A stretch of DNA of 64,000 nucleotides from an uncultured virus (IMG/VR IMGVR_UViG_3300030060_001926) (Duplodnaviria > Heunggongvirae > Uroviricota > Caudoviricetes), in IMG/VR virus record IMGVR_UViG_3300030060_001926, positions 1 through 64,000 of that record. One strand, given 5' to 3'. This document shows, in pieces, positions 29,873 through 39,655 of this stretch (position 1 is the first letter of the stretch; each line of letters starts with the position of its first letter). The position numbers and the translations under genes were made by a program. Under the pieces are notes generated by a model, which saw nothing but the letters and a program-made list of their open reading frames with translations, did not search any database and was not told the origin of the DNA.

Positions 29873-30622
29873 CTAGGTTTTTGGCGACCAAAGTTTTATT
29901 TCCTTGGTGGCCTTATCGTAGTCTCCGATACGCAGAATACGCACACACCTAGCTTGAGCTAGGGCAAACTCTTCTTTAGTCATATCAGGCACTCTGTTCT
30001 CGGGTCTACGGTCCCAGTCTTCATTTAAATATATGTCCATAATAACAGAATCCCAATCATCAGGATCGTTTTCTGCCAATACTTTCTTAGCTTTAGCAGG
30101 CCCAACCTTCCAAAGCCCAAAGATATTATCTGTGGTATCTCCTGTCATCCATTGTTCATAGAAGAACCTATCGGCCTCTTCTTCTGATATATAAACAGGC
30201 CCATCTTCTTTATCAGGATTCCAGTGCCAGCCCGGAACTGACCGAAGATCTTTGTCTACAGTAATACCAATTGCTTTCCCAGATGATATCATCATACCAA
30301 GAAGATCATCTGCTTCTAGTTTAGCAACACACTTTGCATCTGTAGCTTCATCATAAATACACTCAATACTATATTCCATAGAATCAGGACGCTTGACTGA
30401 GTTACGGTGCTCTTTGTAAAGAGGCCAAAACTCTTTCCTGTAGTTGTCTTCTCTAGGGCAAGACATTGCTACAATAACTTTATCAATATTATCAGGAGTC
30501 CAAGCATTGAGGTCTGTAGCTATACGATACGGCAGTTCATCTACACCTTCTCCATCAGCCCAATAAGCTGCTCGATAGGCAATGATGTCCCCATCAATAA
30601 TTGCTGTGGTTGGTCTATCCAT
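29873..30622 (-). CDS. 5'-3' exonuclease (T7 gp6-like)
   Basis: 'IIDGDIIAY', 'YKEHR', 'LEADD', 'DKDLRSVPG', 'GDTTDNIFGL..VGP'. Confidence 0.93.
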   Translation of the reverse strand: MDRPTTAIIDGDIIAYRAAYWADGEGVDELPYRIATDLNAWTPDNIDKVIVAMSCPREDNYRKEFWPLYKEHRNSVKRPDSMEYSIECIYDEATDAKCVAKLEADDLLGMMISSGKAIGITVDKDLRSVPGWHWNPDKEDGPVYISEEEADRFFYEQWMTGDTTDNIFGLWKVGPAKAKKVLAENDPDDWDSVIMDIYLNEDWDRRPENRVPDMTKEEFALAQARCVRILRIGDYDKATKEIKLWSPKT

Positions 30623-31398
30623 TAATCTGCACCTTCTTTAAATTCTTCATCGGTAGGATCAGACAATCGTTCAATTTCATTTTCAAGCAAATCAACAATG
30701 TTGTCTAGCTTATCAAGCTCATCCTTTAGCATATATAGTTTTAAGAAATGATCGTTTGGCTGAAGACCGTTGCGATATAATTCAGTGGTTGGATCAGTAG
30801 CTGGATCACCAGACATTATCCAAGTAAAGAACCTATCTCGAATATAATCTTGAAGTTCGGGAACAGGCTCACGATTGACTAGATACTCATGAAAAATATC
30901 TACATAGTCTTTGTGTCCCATCTCTACCATAGTTGCTAGTGTTTCTGATTCATGGAATCTCCAAGAGTCAAAAGGTTCATCAAGATCTCTGTCACCTGTA
31001 GTAATAAAGATCTGATAGGCCTCCACTTCTCTACCAAAAGCAATCTCATTCATGTATCGAACATCGTCTTGAATAACAATGTGTTCAAACCTTTCAACCT
31101 GATCCTGCTTATTGCGAAGCTCAATTGTTTTTAGTTCTTCAACTTCAGCTCTTACTTTGTTAACCCAATAATCTGCATCTTCTTTTCTCCTGCCTTCGCC
31201 CCATTTCTGACAATACTTTCGATAGCCATCTGGATCTTTTTCTTTAGTAAATCCTAGATCGGCAGCTTCTTTCTTTAACGCTTTAGCAAATGGTAGGATG
31301 ACTGGTATGTAATTATTTTCATACGCAACGTCATACAAAATACTTGCAATGGTAGACTTACCGGCTCTACCTGCACCACATAGTTGAATAAATTTCAT
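30622..31398 (-). CDS. Deoxynucleoside monophosphate kinase
   Basis: P-loop 'GAGRAGKST', 'FAKALK', 'DDVRYMNE'. Confidence 0.85.
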   Translation of the reverse strand: MKFIQLCGAGRAGKSTIASILYDVAYENNYIPVILPFAKALKKEAADLGFTKEKDPDGYRKYCQKWGEGRRKEDADYWVNKVRAEVEELKTIELRNKQDQVERFEHIVIQDDVRYMNEIAFGREVEAYQIFITTGDRDLDEPFDSWRFHESETLATMVEMGHKDYVDIFHEYLVNREPVPELQDYIRDRFFTWIMSGDPATDPTTELYRNGLQPNDHFLKLYMLKDELDKLDNIVDLLENEIERLSDPTDEEFKEGAD

Positions 31399-31407
31399 TT
31401 TATCTCC

Positions 31408-33111
31408 TTAGTGAGTCTCAGACCAGTTCTTACCAACACGGTATTCGGCCTCGGTTTTAATAGAACAACCAAGAAGCCTGCCCGCTTTCTCGGCACAAAG
31501 ACAAACGTCTCGACCAAGATCGTGTGCAATATCTGGAGAGCATTCAATCTGTAATTCATCGTGAACATTAGCAACCCAACGCCACTGGTCCTTGTACTTC
31601 TCAGTTAGTACATCGTCAGCATAACATGCCCATACCTTTGCCACATGAGCACCACTAGATTGTAACAAAGTATTTAGTGCAGCATGAGCCGAACGAACAG
31701 GAATGTCCCGCCAATTAAACGGACACACCGATCCCTTGGAGTGAGCATCAAACTCTACGTCCTGAAGAATACGCTTCAGACCGGGAATGTTTGTTAGTAA
31801 TTGGTTCTTTACCTGTCGTGCTTTAGTTGCAGATACACCAACAACAGAACCAAACTTAGCATCGCCACCACCATATAGGAAGCAGTAGATTGCAGACTTA
31901 GCTTTATTTCTAGAGTCCAAGCCCATTGCAGTTTGATTGTGGGTATGAATATCTCCCTCTAGGATCTGCTTGGTATATGCACCATTGTCATACTTACCAA
32001 GATAATGTGCAAGCATTCGCAACTCTAGGCCAGACAGGTCAGCACCAACTATAACCCAACCCTTACGGGGAACAAACAAAGATCTAGCACGCTTGTCACT
32101 AGATACTTGTTGCATGTTTGGATTACTAGATGTCATACGACCAGTAACAGTTCCTAGAATATTTATACCACCATGGATACGTCCATCTCTAGAACAAGAA
32201 GCACGCTGAATCCAATCAGATACTTGAGACATCAGCTTAGTTTCATCGAAATACTTTACTAGAGTCTGTGCTTCTGAATAATCTAGCTTAGCAAGAACAG
32301 ATCTATCTACCTTAGGGTTTCCCTTATCAGTAGTAGGTGCTTGCCAGCCATACTTTTCATGCAGCCTCTCAGCAATTTGTTGCCGAGAGCCCGGATTGAA
32401 AACAGTAATTTTGTCTTTCAATCTTTTGCCAGTCTTTTCCGACCAACGTTCTTCAATTTTATCAGGGAAGATACGACGCATTTCGTCTTCGACACCTGCC
32501 TTATCCATCATTAGTTGTTTTTCCAACTCGATAGCAGTATCAAGGTCAAAGCCAAAGCCATTTTCTACTTGCCGAGAAATAATATCAGCAACTTTAAACT
32601 CCATAGACATGGCAAGAGCATTCTCTTTCCTAAAGTCTTCCTGATATTTGTACACCTCAGCCGTAACTACGGTATCTTGAACGCAGTAATCAAGCATCTC
32701 ATCGTTGTATTCATCAAACCCACCTGAGTAATCATCCTTGTATTCACCAAGGAGTTGACCCCAAGCTTTGAGAGAATGAGATTGACCCGGAAGCATAGGC
32801 TTGTCGGGCCACATCATACGAGAGATGACAAGTGTATCGTGTACACACTTTGGTACGAAATCCCTGACCAATCTCTTGATCAAGGGAATATCGTAGCCAA
32901 AGACATTATGACCAACAATGATGTCAGCTGTTTCCAAAGCTTTCACAAACTTTTCTAACTCCCACTCATGATATCTTACAGTGTTACCTGTCTCTACATC
33001 ACAGGTGGCAGCACACCAGATTCGTGTTGCTTCTGGAATGCACTGACCCTTCTTGTTGATTGTTACTTCATTTAATCCATTACCCTCAATATCAAATGCC
33101 AATACTTGCAT
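31408..33111 (-). CDS. DNA polymerase family A (T7 gp5-like, Tyr762 type)
   Basis: Likely start ATG 33111; exo 'FDIEGNG', 'GHNVFGYD', 'YCVQD'; pol 'DLSGLELR', 'AKSAIYCFLYG', 'NVHDE'. Confidence 0.96.
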   Translation of the reverse strand: MQVLAFDIEGNGLNEVTINKKGQCIPEATRIWCAATCDVETGNTVRYHEWELEKFVKALETADIIVGHNVFGYDIPLIKRLVRDFVPKCVHDTLVISRMMWPDKPMLPGQSHSLKAWGQLLGEYKDDYSGGFDEYNDEMLDYCVQDTVVTAEVYKYQEDFRKENALAMSMEFKVADIISRQVENGFGFDLDTAIELEKQLMMDKAGVEDEMRRIFPDKIEERWSEKTGKRLKDKITVFNPGSRQQIAERLHEKYGWQAPTTDKGNPKVDRSVLAKLDYSEAQTLVKYFDETKLMSQVSDWIQRASCSRDGRIHGGINILGTVTGRMTSSNPNMQQVSSDKRARSLFVPRKGWVIVGADLSGLELRMLAHYLGKYDNGAYTKQILEGDIHTHNQTAMGLDSRNKAKSAIYCFLYGGGDAKFGSVVGVSATKARQVKNQLLTNIPGLKRILQDVEFDAHSKGSVCPFNWRDIPVRSAHAALNTLLQSSGAHVAKVWACYADDVLTEKYKDQWRWVANVHDELQIECSPDIAHDLGRDVCLCAEKAGRLLGCSIKTEAEYRVGKNWSETH

Positions 33112-34843
33112 AGTTGTAAAGAACCTCGCCTTCAGGAGTTTGAGTAAACTCAACCTCTTGGAGTCTACTAGTTTGCTTATTGTAATACAGAGCAGTACCC
33201 AGACCGCACGCACCTGTCTTACGATTCTTTAGAACACGAATACAAGTTGTGTTTGCAATGTTTGAATCAGTATGTTGCCTGTTTCTCTCAAGTGCAAATA
33301 CATAGTCAGCAATCTGAGCAAGAGAACCAGAGCCTCTTAGATCACTGAGAGTAATACGGTCACCCTCATCTACATTCTTATCTGTCTTCTTGATATGCGA
33401 AATGACATGGACAATGCATCCAGTACGCTCCACAATCTGACGTAACCTTTTCATTACATCATCAAGAATCAATCTCTCAGAGTTACCATAGTTGTCTTGT
33501 TGAGACAACAGCATGTTACCTAGTAGAGTAATATGATCGACAATAAGAACCTTACATCCCAACGCAACAGCCATGTATTCCAAACGTGACATGACGTTTT
33601 CAATGTTTGCATTACCAATGTGGTCATAGATATATAGTGGATACTCTCCAACTTCCTTCTTAGCAGCAGCATATTCTTCTTCAGTTAGGTTGTCTGCCAC
33701 ACCTAGATCAACAGTATCTTTGTTGAATTGTTTTCTTAAAGTATTAAGCTGACGCTGGCCCATGATCTTACGAACAGGCTTAGCAAGCTTGAGCGAAATC
33801 AAATCATCAACAGTAGATTCTGGTGATTCTTCTAGAAAGATACAACCTGTAGGGTTGCCAGTTTCTAGGTGATGAATCAAAATCTCACGAATAATAGATG
33901 ACTTACCGTGACCAGTAGCAGAGGTCCACAAGTATAAGCGACCTGCATCTTGGCCTACCATAAAGTTGGTAAGTGATTCCCAAGGAAACTCATACAGAGC
34001 AGTTGGGGTGTTGTTCTCACCAGTTACCTGTGAGACATGTAGAATGCTGTCAGGGCTATGAGTCTTTGCATTCCAATAGCATTGCATAAGCTGCTTACCC
34101 TCACCAGCCATAAGCATTTCATTGGGGTCTTTACGAGGAAGATCCATAATCTTTACCTTACCGGGAGGCAGAATTTCTGCAACATCACGGGCTGCTTTCT
34201 GACCGGGATCATCCATGTCAAAACAAATAACAACGGTTTCAAACGATGCAAGGAACTCATAGTTTTCCTTGACACTCTTTACCGCACCCTGTGTGCCACT
34301 TGGAATGGACACAACTGGATACTTGTTGTCAAACATTTGAGACATGGTTAGTGCATCAACCGCACCCTCTGTAATAAGAATGCGAGGTCCGCCCTTTTCC
34401 CAAAGCTGCTGACCAAACAGTTGAACATTCTTTGTATTACCTACCCAATGAAAGTCTTTAGTTTTTACGTTGCGTACTTTCTGTGCTTGCAGCGTGCCAT
34501 CAAAGCCATAATAGTTTTCAATTTCAATGTGACGTTCCATGTTGTTGGAAGTCTGGTATCTAAACTTTCTAGCTGTATCTTGATTGATACGCCGATGCGG
34601 CAGAGCTTCAACATCTCCATGATATGGATTGAACTCAGCTTGTACGTTTTCATCTTTTACTTCTGTCATGTAAGACTTGTCTCCTTTTTCATAATAGCCA
34701 CAGGCAAAACAATACTTGTGACCATCATCATAACAGGCAAGGTTATCACCAGAAGTATCATTACCATTGGCAACACACTTAGGACACGCAGTTCTTTCTA
34801 CTACTTTACTACCATTTATTGTTGCTTCAAGACTCATCATCAT
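33092..34843 (-). CDS. Primase-helicase (T7 gp4-like)
   Basis: Zn finger CPKC...CFAC, TOPRIM 'ITEGAVDA' and 'FDMDDPG', Walker A 'ATGHGKS', 'DLRGSGSLAQ', 'LKNR'. Confidence 0.96.
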   Translation of the reverse strand: MMMSLEATINGSKVVERTACPKCVANGNDTSGDNLACYDDGHKYCFACGYYEKGDKSYMTEVKDENVQAEFNPYHGDVEALPHRRINQDTARKFRYQTSNNMERHIEIENYYGFDGTLQAQKVRNVKTKDFHWVGNTKNVQLFGQQLWEKGGPRILITEGAVDALTMSQMFDNKYPVVSIPSGTQGAVKSVKENYEFLASFETVVICFDMDDPGQKAARDVAEILPPGKVKIMDLPRKDPNEMLMAGEGKQLMQCYWNAKTHSPDSILHVSQVTGENNTPTALYEFPWESLTNFMVGQDAGRLYLWTSATGHGKSSIIREILIHHLETGNPTGCIFLEESPESTVDDLISLKLAKPVRKIMGQRQLNTLRKQFNKDTVDLGVADNLTEEEYAAAKKEVGEYPLYIYDHIGNANIENVMSRLEYMAVALGCKVLIVDHITLLGNMLLSQQDNYGNSERLILDDVMKRLRQIVERTGCIVHVISHIKKTDKNVDEGDRITLSDLRGSGSLAQIADYVFALERNRQHTDSNIANTTCIRVLKNRKTGACGLGTALYYNKQTSRLQEVEFTQTPEGEVLYNYASIGI

Positions 34844-35030
34844 CCTTTGTTAAATAAAACGACCATAGCAATGCACCAAACACTACTACTAAAAACATGG
34901 CTGTCGGGAACAATAGAACAACAAGAGGCAACCACCAAGGGGTGCTCATAGAAATTACAGTTCCAAATAAAAACACAGCCACAACAAAAGCAACACAGTT
35001 ACTATACTTGTAAATCTTTTCCAAGTCCAT
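34827..35030 (-). CDS. Small two-TM membrane protein
   Basis: 67 aa, two hydrophobic segments. Confidence 0.5.
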   Translation of the reverse strand: MDLEKIYKYSNCVAFVVAVFLFGTVISMSTPWWLPLVVLLFPTAMFLVVVFGALLWSFYLTKDDDES

Positions 35031-35102
35031 TATTTATACTTCTTTCCATTACCAGAACGAGAGGTTTTAGAATGAGGGTTGCCTTTCTTTTTCTTAAAAG
35101 GT

Positions 35103-35303
35103 CTAGGCTTCCCCGGCTTTCTCTGCCCCGCTTCCATTTTCTTCGCCATCAGTATCCTCCATATTGTTTAACTTCTTCTTACCAAAGATAGAATCCCAGT
35201 TCTTGCCAAACGCTTCACGTTTTGCCAGACGTTCCTCTGTCTCTTCCTTTGGTCTGTGAGGACGGTACATCTTTCCCGGAGGGTGATCCCATGGTTTTGC
35301 CAT
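35103..35303 (-). CDS. Small phage protein with NWDxIFG motif
   Basis: 66 aa, GGAG RBS. Confidence 0.55.
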   Translation of the reverse strand: MAKPWDHPPGKMYRPHRPKEETEERLAKREAFGKNWDSIFGKKKLNNMEDTDGEENGSGAEKAGEA

Positions 35304-35386
35304 TTACTTTATCTCCAAAAATTTTTTCCCAATTTTTTCGGTATTGTTCTTGGTCTACCTTACGATAGGTATCACCTTTACCGGCA

Positions 35387-35560
35387 TCATGCCTGCGTGT
35401 CATCAGTGTGCTTCTTGCAGCAGTCAGGCTTTTCACAGTTTTCAGGTTGCTTTTCAATACAATAACCTGCACCACGAATAACTTTAACTAGACCTTCAAT
35501 AACAGCGGTCATTTCTTTTTGGGTTAGTCCTGCAACAGGACACTTGTCGTTGTTTGTCAT
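35387..35560 (-). CDS. Hypothetical protein (57 aa, Cys-containing)
   Basis: Hand-translated MTNNDKCPVAGLTQKEMTAVIEG...; AAGGAG RBS. Confidence 0.5.
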   Translation of the reverse strand: MTNNDKCPVAGLTQKEMTAVIEGLVKVIRGAGYCIEKQPENCEKPDCCKKHTDDTQA

Positions 35561-35585
35561 AATAAATCTCCTTAAAAATTAATAA

Positions 35586-35659
35586 TAGGATCGGTGGGAC
35601 TCGAACCCACACTGTATGGATTTTAAGTCCACTGCCTCTGCCAATTGGGCTACGATCCC
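35586..35659 (-). tRNA. tRNA-Leu(UAA), short variable loop
   Basis: GGGATCG acceptor, GTGGA-CTTAAAA-TCCAT anticodon arm, GTGGG-TTCGAGT-CCCAC T arm, discriminator A, no encoded CCA. Confidence 0.88.
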
Positions 35660-35662
35660 AAA

Positions 35663-35735
35663 TGGTCCCAGCTGGGCTCGAACCAGCGACAGTCGGATTA
35701 AAAGTCCGATGCTCTACCAACTGAGCTATAGGACC
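35663..35735 (-). tRNA. tRNA-Lys(UUU)
   Basis: GGTCCTATAGCTCAGTTGGTAGAGCATCGGACTTTTAATCCGA...GGTTCGAGCCC; canonical cloverleaf. Confidence 0.95.
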
Positions 35736-35788
35736 AATAGTAATACCGCCCGCAGCATCATATAATGACAGCACTTTGGGTATTACAG

Positions 35789-35862
35789 CACTCCGAGCAG
35801 GACTCGAACCTGCGACCTGCTGATTAGAAGTCAGCTGCTCTATCCAGCTGAGCTACCGGAGC
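35789..35862 (-). tRNA. tRNA-Arg(UCU)
   Basis: GCTCCGGTAGCTCAGCTGGATAGAGCAGCTGACTTCTAATCAGC...GCAGGTTCGAGTCCTGC; canonical cloverleaf. Confidence 0.95.
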
Positions 35863-36090
35863 TAAGCAATAGTTGCGTCTTCGTAAAAGACTTCGATAAG
35901 TTCAGAGTCACCCATCTCCCAGTCCTCTTCAATAGAATACTCAAAGGGATCAATGTCTCCGTCTTTAATTTTTTCTAAAAACTCTTCTTCTGTTAGGTCA
36001 AGTTCTTTCAAGACTTCTGATTCAAATGTCCAATGAACAGTCTCATACAAAACACTTTTTGAATCAGCCATGATGTGGAAGTTATATTCT

Positions 36091-36441
36091 TTACTCATAG
36101 TAATCATACTCATCTTCGCCGTAGTCTGCTTCTGGAGGATCAAGTTCTGCAACTTGGTCTTCTACCCACAGTTCAATCTCTTTCCAAAGCTTGGGGTGTT
36201 GGGTCTTGTCTGCGTGTTCCATTGTCCACGCAACACCGCCGCCACACTCTTCGTCAAAGGAAACAGAATCAATGTAGAAACCAGACTGCTCTAGTTCCAT
36301 TCGTACATCAATACCGGGAGTACCCCAGAATTCATACGTTCCAATACCATTGTCAACCCACTCCCAACTAACAGAGACAGACACCTCGTAGTTAGCTTCT
36401 TCGTTGTACAGTTCAATCTCAGTAATAATTTCAGTCATCAA
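36091..36441 (-). CDS. Acidic hypothetical protein
   Basis: 116 aa, 'DNGIGTYEFWG' motif; one of several small acidic ORFs in 35862-36803. Confidence 0.55.
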   Translation of the reverse strand: MMTEIITEIELYNEEANYEVSVSVSWEWVDNGIGTYEFWGTPGIDVRMELEQSGFYIDSVSFDEECGGGVAWTMEHADKTQHPKLWKEIELWVEDQVAELDPPEADYGEDEYDYYE

Positions 36442-36807
36442 AGTCAGGCTCCTTATCTAGCCACTCTTGGTTAAAACAAACTTCTTCCCAGCCCAAGGCA
36501 AACGCCTTTGCTGTATCAGCACTCACGCCATTAGCTTTACCGATTGCTTCCCAATCTGGATTGTTCTTGTTATACATCCAGCGTTCATAGCAATCAAAGG
36601 ATACGTTCTTAAACTTACCCATCTTCTTCTTCCTCAATGATATCGTAGTACTCCATGCCTTCTCCATCAGGATCAGCAAAGGCATCACGATACTTATTAA
36701 CAAGGTGCTGCATTAAATCAGCATCACCATGCTCACAGGCATACCAGAAATTGTCGGCAACTTCACGCCAATTAATATCTACATCATTATAATCCATAAT
36801 CACCTCA

Positions 36808-36843
36808 GAAAAAAAAAGGGAAGCCTATTGCTAGACTTCCCTT
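36808..36843 (-). terminator. Rho-independent terminator
   Basis: Minus strand AAGGGAAGTCTA-GCAA-TAGGCTTCCCTT followed by a T run. Confidence 0.85.
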
Positions 36844-37190
36844 ATCAACCCATGTCGGGTTGTGTAGTAAATTTCTTTAAAGATCTGTTTGCACCAAGGC
36901 ATACAGAGTTTGCATGGACGAGCCATACGCCATTCGTTGTTGTAACCAAATCTAAAATTATATAGCTTATACGCTTTCTTGTTCTTGTTGCGAACACGAA
37001 GCCAAGCATCTAGTTCTGAATGCACTTCATCAAAACGATATTGATAGTTTTGTGCTAGAGGATGTGTTCTCATTCTATTAGTACCTACGCCTACAATTTC
37101 ATTCTTGCAAACAATAATAGAAACATGCTTCTTCTTTCTGTCATGAGGACAGTGTGATATTGCAACTTCTTCTAGCTTATCTAATTTCAT
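36831..37190 (-). CDS. Cytidine/dCMP deaminase-fold Zn protein
   Basis: 'VGVGTN', 'HSELDA' (HxE) and 'ARPCKLC' (PCxxC). Confidence 0.75.
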   Translation of the reverse strand: MKLDKLEEVAISHCPHDRKKKHVSIIVCKNEIVGVGTNRMRTHPLAQNYQYRFDEVHSELDAWLRVRNKNKKAYKLYNFRFGYNNEWRMARPCKLCMPWCKQIFKEIYYTTRHGLIREV

Positions 37191-37564
37191 TTAGATTTCT
37201 CTACTGCTACAGTAAACCACCCCGGTTCACCCGGAGGAGCCCACTCTTTTGATATAAAGAGGTTGATAATTTGAGAGTCATCAACCCACAGTTTTTTATT
37301 CAGAATATCCAAGACAGCTTTTGCCAAGTTGTCTACATCAGATTTGGGAGCGTCGAGCTTTGTAGTCTTAGGTCTGGTACAAAAACATTTTACATCAACA
37401 TTTAGTTGACCTTCGAGTGGTTTTATTTTACCGAGAACTTTATCTACAACAGCACCTGCTTCATTACGGAACCGCCTATAGGCTCCCGCGTAGTAGGAAC
37501 CATGCCTACCAACGCGAGGCCTAGAGGCAGCGACTGGACTAACCGGGAAGGTTAGCTCCAGCAT
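37187..37564 (-). CDS. rusA: RusA-like Holliday junction resolvase
   Basis: 'PVAASRPR', 'DVDNLAKAVLDIL....WVDDSQI'. Confidence 0.92.
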   Translation of the reverse strand: MLELTFPVSPVAASRPRVGRHGSYYAGAYRRFRNEAGAVVDKVLGKIKPLEGQLNVDVKCFCTRPKTTKLDAPKSDVDNLAKAVLDILNKKLWVDDSQIINLFISKEWAPPGEPGWFTVAVEKSK

Positions 37565-38079
37565 CAGAACGGAGTGTCATCCTCTGCCGTAGCAACGGGT
37601 GCAGCCTCAGCGACATAGCCGCCATCAACCTTACCCATGCCACCGCTATTTGAACCGCCGCCGCCCTCGTAGTTTCGCTCTACGAGTTGGATGCGATCCA
37701 TGTAAAAGGACACAGATCCGTCACGCTCAATCTTCGCAGGGGTTACCTTAACGCGAACCTTATCGGTTGCAAAGGGAACAGTATCAGTTGTCTGATCCTG
37801 CGAGTCAAGAACTGGGAATTGCATGACACCTTCGCGTGCCTTAAGAACATTCTTAAAGCGAACCAAGTTGTCACCTGTTTCAGCATCAGCCTTGAAGCCG
37901 TTGATCTTAGATCCACCAAGCTGCTGCATAGCAGAATCAAGCTGGCTCTGCATCTCAGCGTCAACAATAACAGTTACGCTGTGATGTGGGTTACCAAACT
38001 TATCATCTGGCTTAAGCAGATGGGACCATCGAACCACGGCTGGGCCGACCACAAATGAATCACCATAATTATTCTTCAT
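37564..38079 (-). CDS. Single-stranded DNA-binding protein (T7 gp2.5-like)
   Basis: Likely start ATG 38079; 'WSHLLKPDDKF', OB-like strands, acidic C-term 'EDDTPF'. Confidence 0.8.
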   Translation of the reverse strand: MKNNYGDSFVVGPAVVRWSHLLKPDDKFGNPHHSVTVIVDAEMQSQLDSAMQQLGGSKINGFKADAETGDNLVRFKNVLKAREGVMQFPVLDSQDQTTDTVPFATDKVRVKVTPAKIERDGSVSFYMDRIQLVERNYEGGGGSNSGGMGKVDGGYVAEAAPVATAEDDTPF

Positions 38080-38323
38080 CGTCAGAATTAACTCCTTCAA
38101 TAACTGGGTCAGAACCGCCTTCTTCATTTGGGTTCTGCACGGTGAAGTTTTGAACATCATTCTTATTAGTATCAACAATGTTGTTCATAGTAGTACGGAT
38201 CTGGAATGAAATATTATCCAGAGCCATAAAAATTTCCCTTAGATATTGCAGCACCGCATTGGTTGCAATCATTGGGGGATACGTCTTGTTACCATCAGTT
38301 GGTTCAATCTTTTCTTCGGACAT
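38069..38323 (-). CDS. Hypothetical protein
   Basis: 84 aa ORF in operon context. Confidence 0.55.
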   Translation of the reverse strand: MSEEKIEPTDGNKTYPPMIATNAVLQYLREIFMALDNISFQIRTTMNNIVDTNKNDVQNFTVQNPNEEGGSDPVIEGVNSDDEE

Positions 38324-38980
38324 TTACACCTTTCTTTCTAAATACGGATGACCGTTAACGACCACGCCACAACTAATGACGGGCTTCTTTAAAGAAAATT
38401 TACCATAGTTGTAGGCAAGGTGATTATCATCAACACCTGAGCCTACATTCATACCAAATATTGTATTATCACGATTAGTATGAAAAGAAATAGATGAGAC
38501 TGAGTGTGTATGACCAGAGACAACACTCTTTCTTAGCTGACATGCAGCATTAAAAGCAGGTGTCTTACCTGACCATCCCATTCCATGAGTGTAAAGTACA
38601 TCATCAATGACATGATCATACTTCCAATCCCATCCATTAGTTCCATATACATCGTTGTAGGGCTTTAAATACAAACTGGGAATACCCTCTGCCTTAGCCC
38701 TGCGATTGACACGTTCATCATGATTGCCAATGCAAACCTTTGCTTCAGGAAAAGCCCTGTGCCACCGCTTCACTTCTTTAAGTGCTTGTTTAAACTCATC
38801 GAGTGCAGCCGGTAACTCTGGGTTCTTTTCATGCCGCGAGATTGCCTCATGATCAATAATGTCGCCAATAAATACAACTTTATTACAGCCATGTTTATTG
38901 TAAATCTTTTTACAAAAGTTAAGATAGCTTTTGTCTGTTGCGGGGGCGTGAATATCGCCCACGACGAGTACCTTGCTCAT
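38324..38980 (-). CDS. Calcineurin-like metallophosphoesterase
   Basis: Likely start ATG 38980; 'GDIH', 'GDIID', 'GNHD', 'THG', 'GHTH'. Confidence 0.92.
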   Translation of the reverse strand: MSKVLVVGDIHAPATDKSYLNFCKKIYNKHGCNKVVFIGDIIDHEAISRHEKNPELPAALDEFKQALKEVKRWHRAFPEAKVCIGNHDERVNRRAKAEGIPSLYLKPYNDVYGTNGWDWKYDHVIDDVLYTHGMGWSGKTPAFNAACQLRKSVVSGHTHSVSSISFHTNRDNTIFGMNVGSGVDDNHLAYNYGKFSLKKPVISCGVVVNGHPYLERKV

Positions 38981-39304
38981 TTTTATTTTTCCTTTTTGCA
39001 TCATCTCTCCACTGTTCTGCGAGAGAAGGAAGATCAGCACGGCGGCGAGTTCCCGGCTTGGGATAAGCTCTAACAAAGTTGCCGTCCTTGTCTTGTTCGT
39101 GTACCCACTCTTCAGCATACGCCTCGATTGGTTTGTACACATTGATGTCACCATTCAGGTGAGCCTTTTGAAAACTATTGAGATCCAAATTCTTTGGACT
39201 TCCTGCGTCGTTTACGTTCTTGATCACGTTGACGCTCCTTCCTTTTTTCATTATGCTTATCAGAATCAAAACTTCTTCGATCCCGTTTCCTAATATTCTT
39301 ATCT

Positions 39305-39655
39305 CTAGCCATCAAGTTCTCTTGCACCCAATACCATACACTTAGGAATTTTATGCACCTGAGAGAACTCAGCAGGCCCAACACAAGCAACTACAGCATA
39401 TTGATAATCATCTTCATGGACAAGATAACCAACAGTATTCATTACAGGTAGCTTTGCTCTTGCTGCTGACCTTGTTTCATCTTTATCAAGCCACTCCGAT
39501 CCACCTGTAGTTTGTGCATCTATCCATTCAATATACATGATCTTGGGTAGCTTTTTAACTACAGTATACTTAGCCGAAGAAGTATTCTGAGTTGAGGACT
39601 TCTTTGATGTCGAAGTCATCCGATCTTTGTGGGACTTCAGGGAGCTTGATTTCAT
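39305..39655 (-). CDS. Conserved phage hypothetical (W.DA...W...TVGYL type); true start probably ~39540
   Basis: Motif pattern common in small phage proteins. Confidence 0.55.
   Translation of the reverse strand: MKSSSLKSHKDRMTSTSKKSSTQNTSSAKYTVVKKLPKIMYIEWIDAQTTGGSEWLDKDETRSAARAKLPVMNTVGYLVHEDDYQYAVVACVGPAEFSQVHKIPKCMVLGARELDG

Noticed and set aside
33112..33213. N-terminal extensions given by the ORF track (PolA, SSB, phosphoesterase, 19867 and 6469 ORFs)
   Set aside because: They overlap upstream genes; downstream ATGs, mostly with RBSs, match the family N-termini better.
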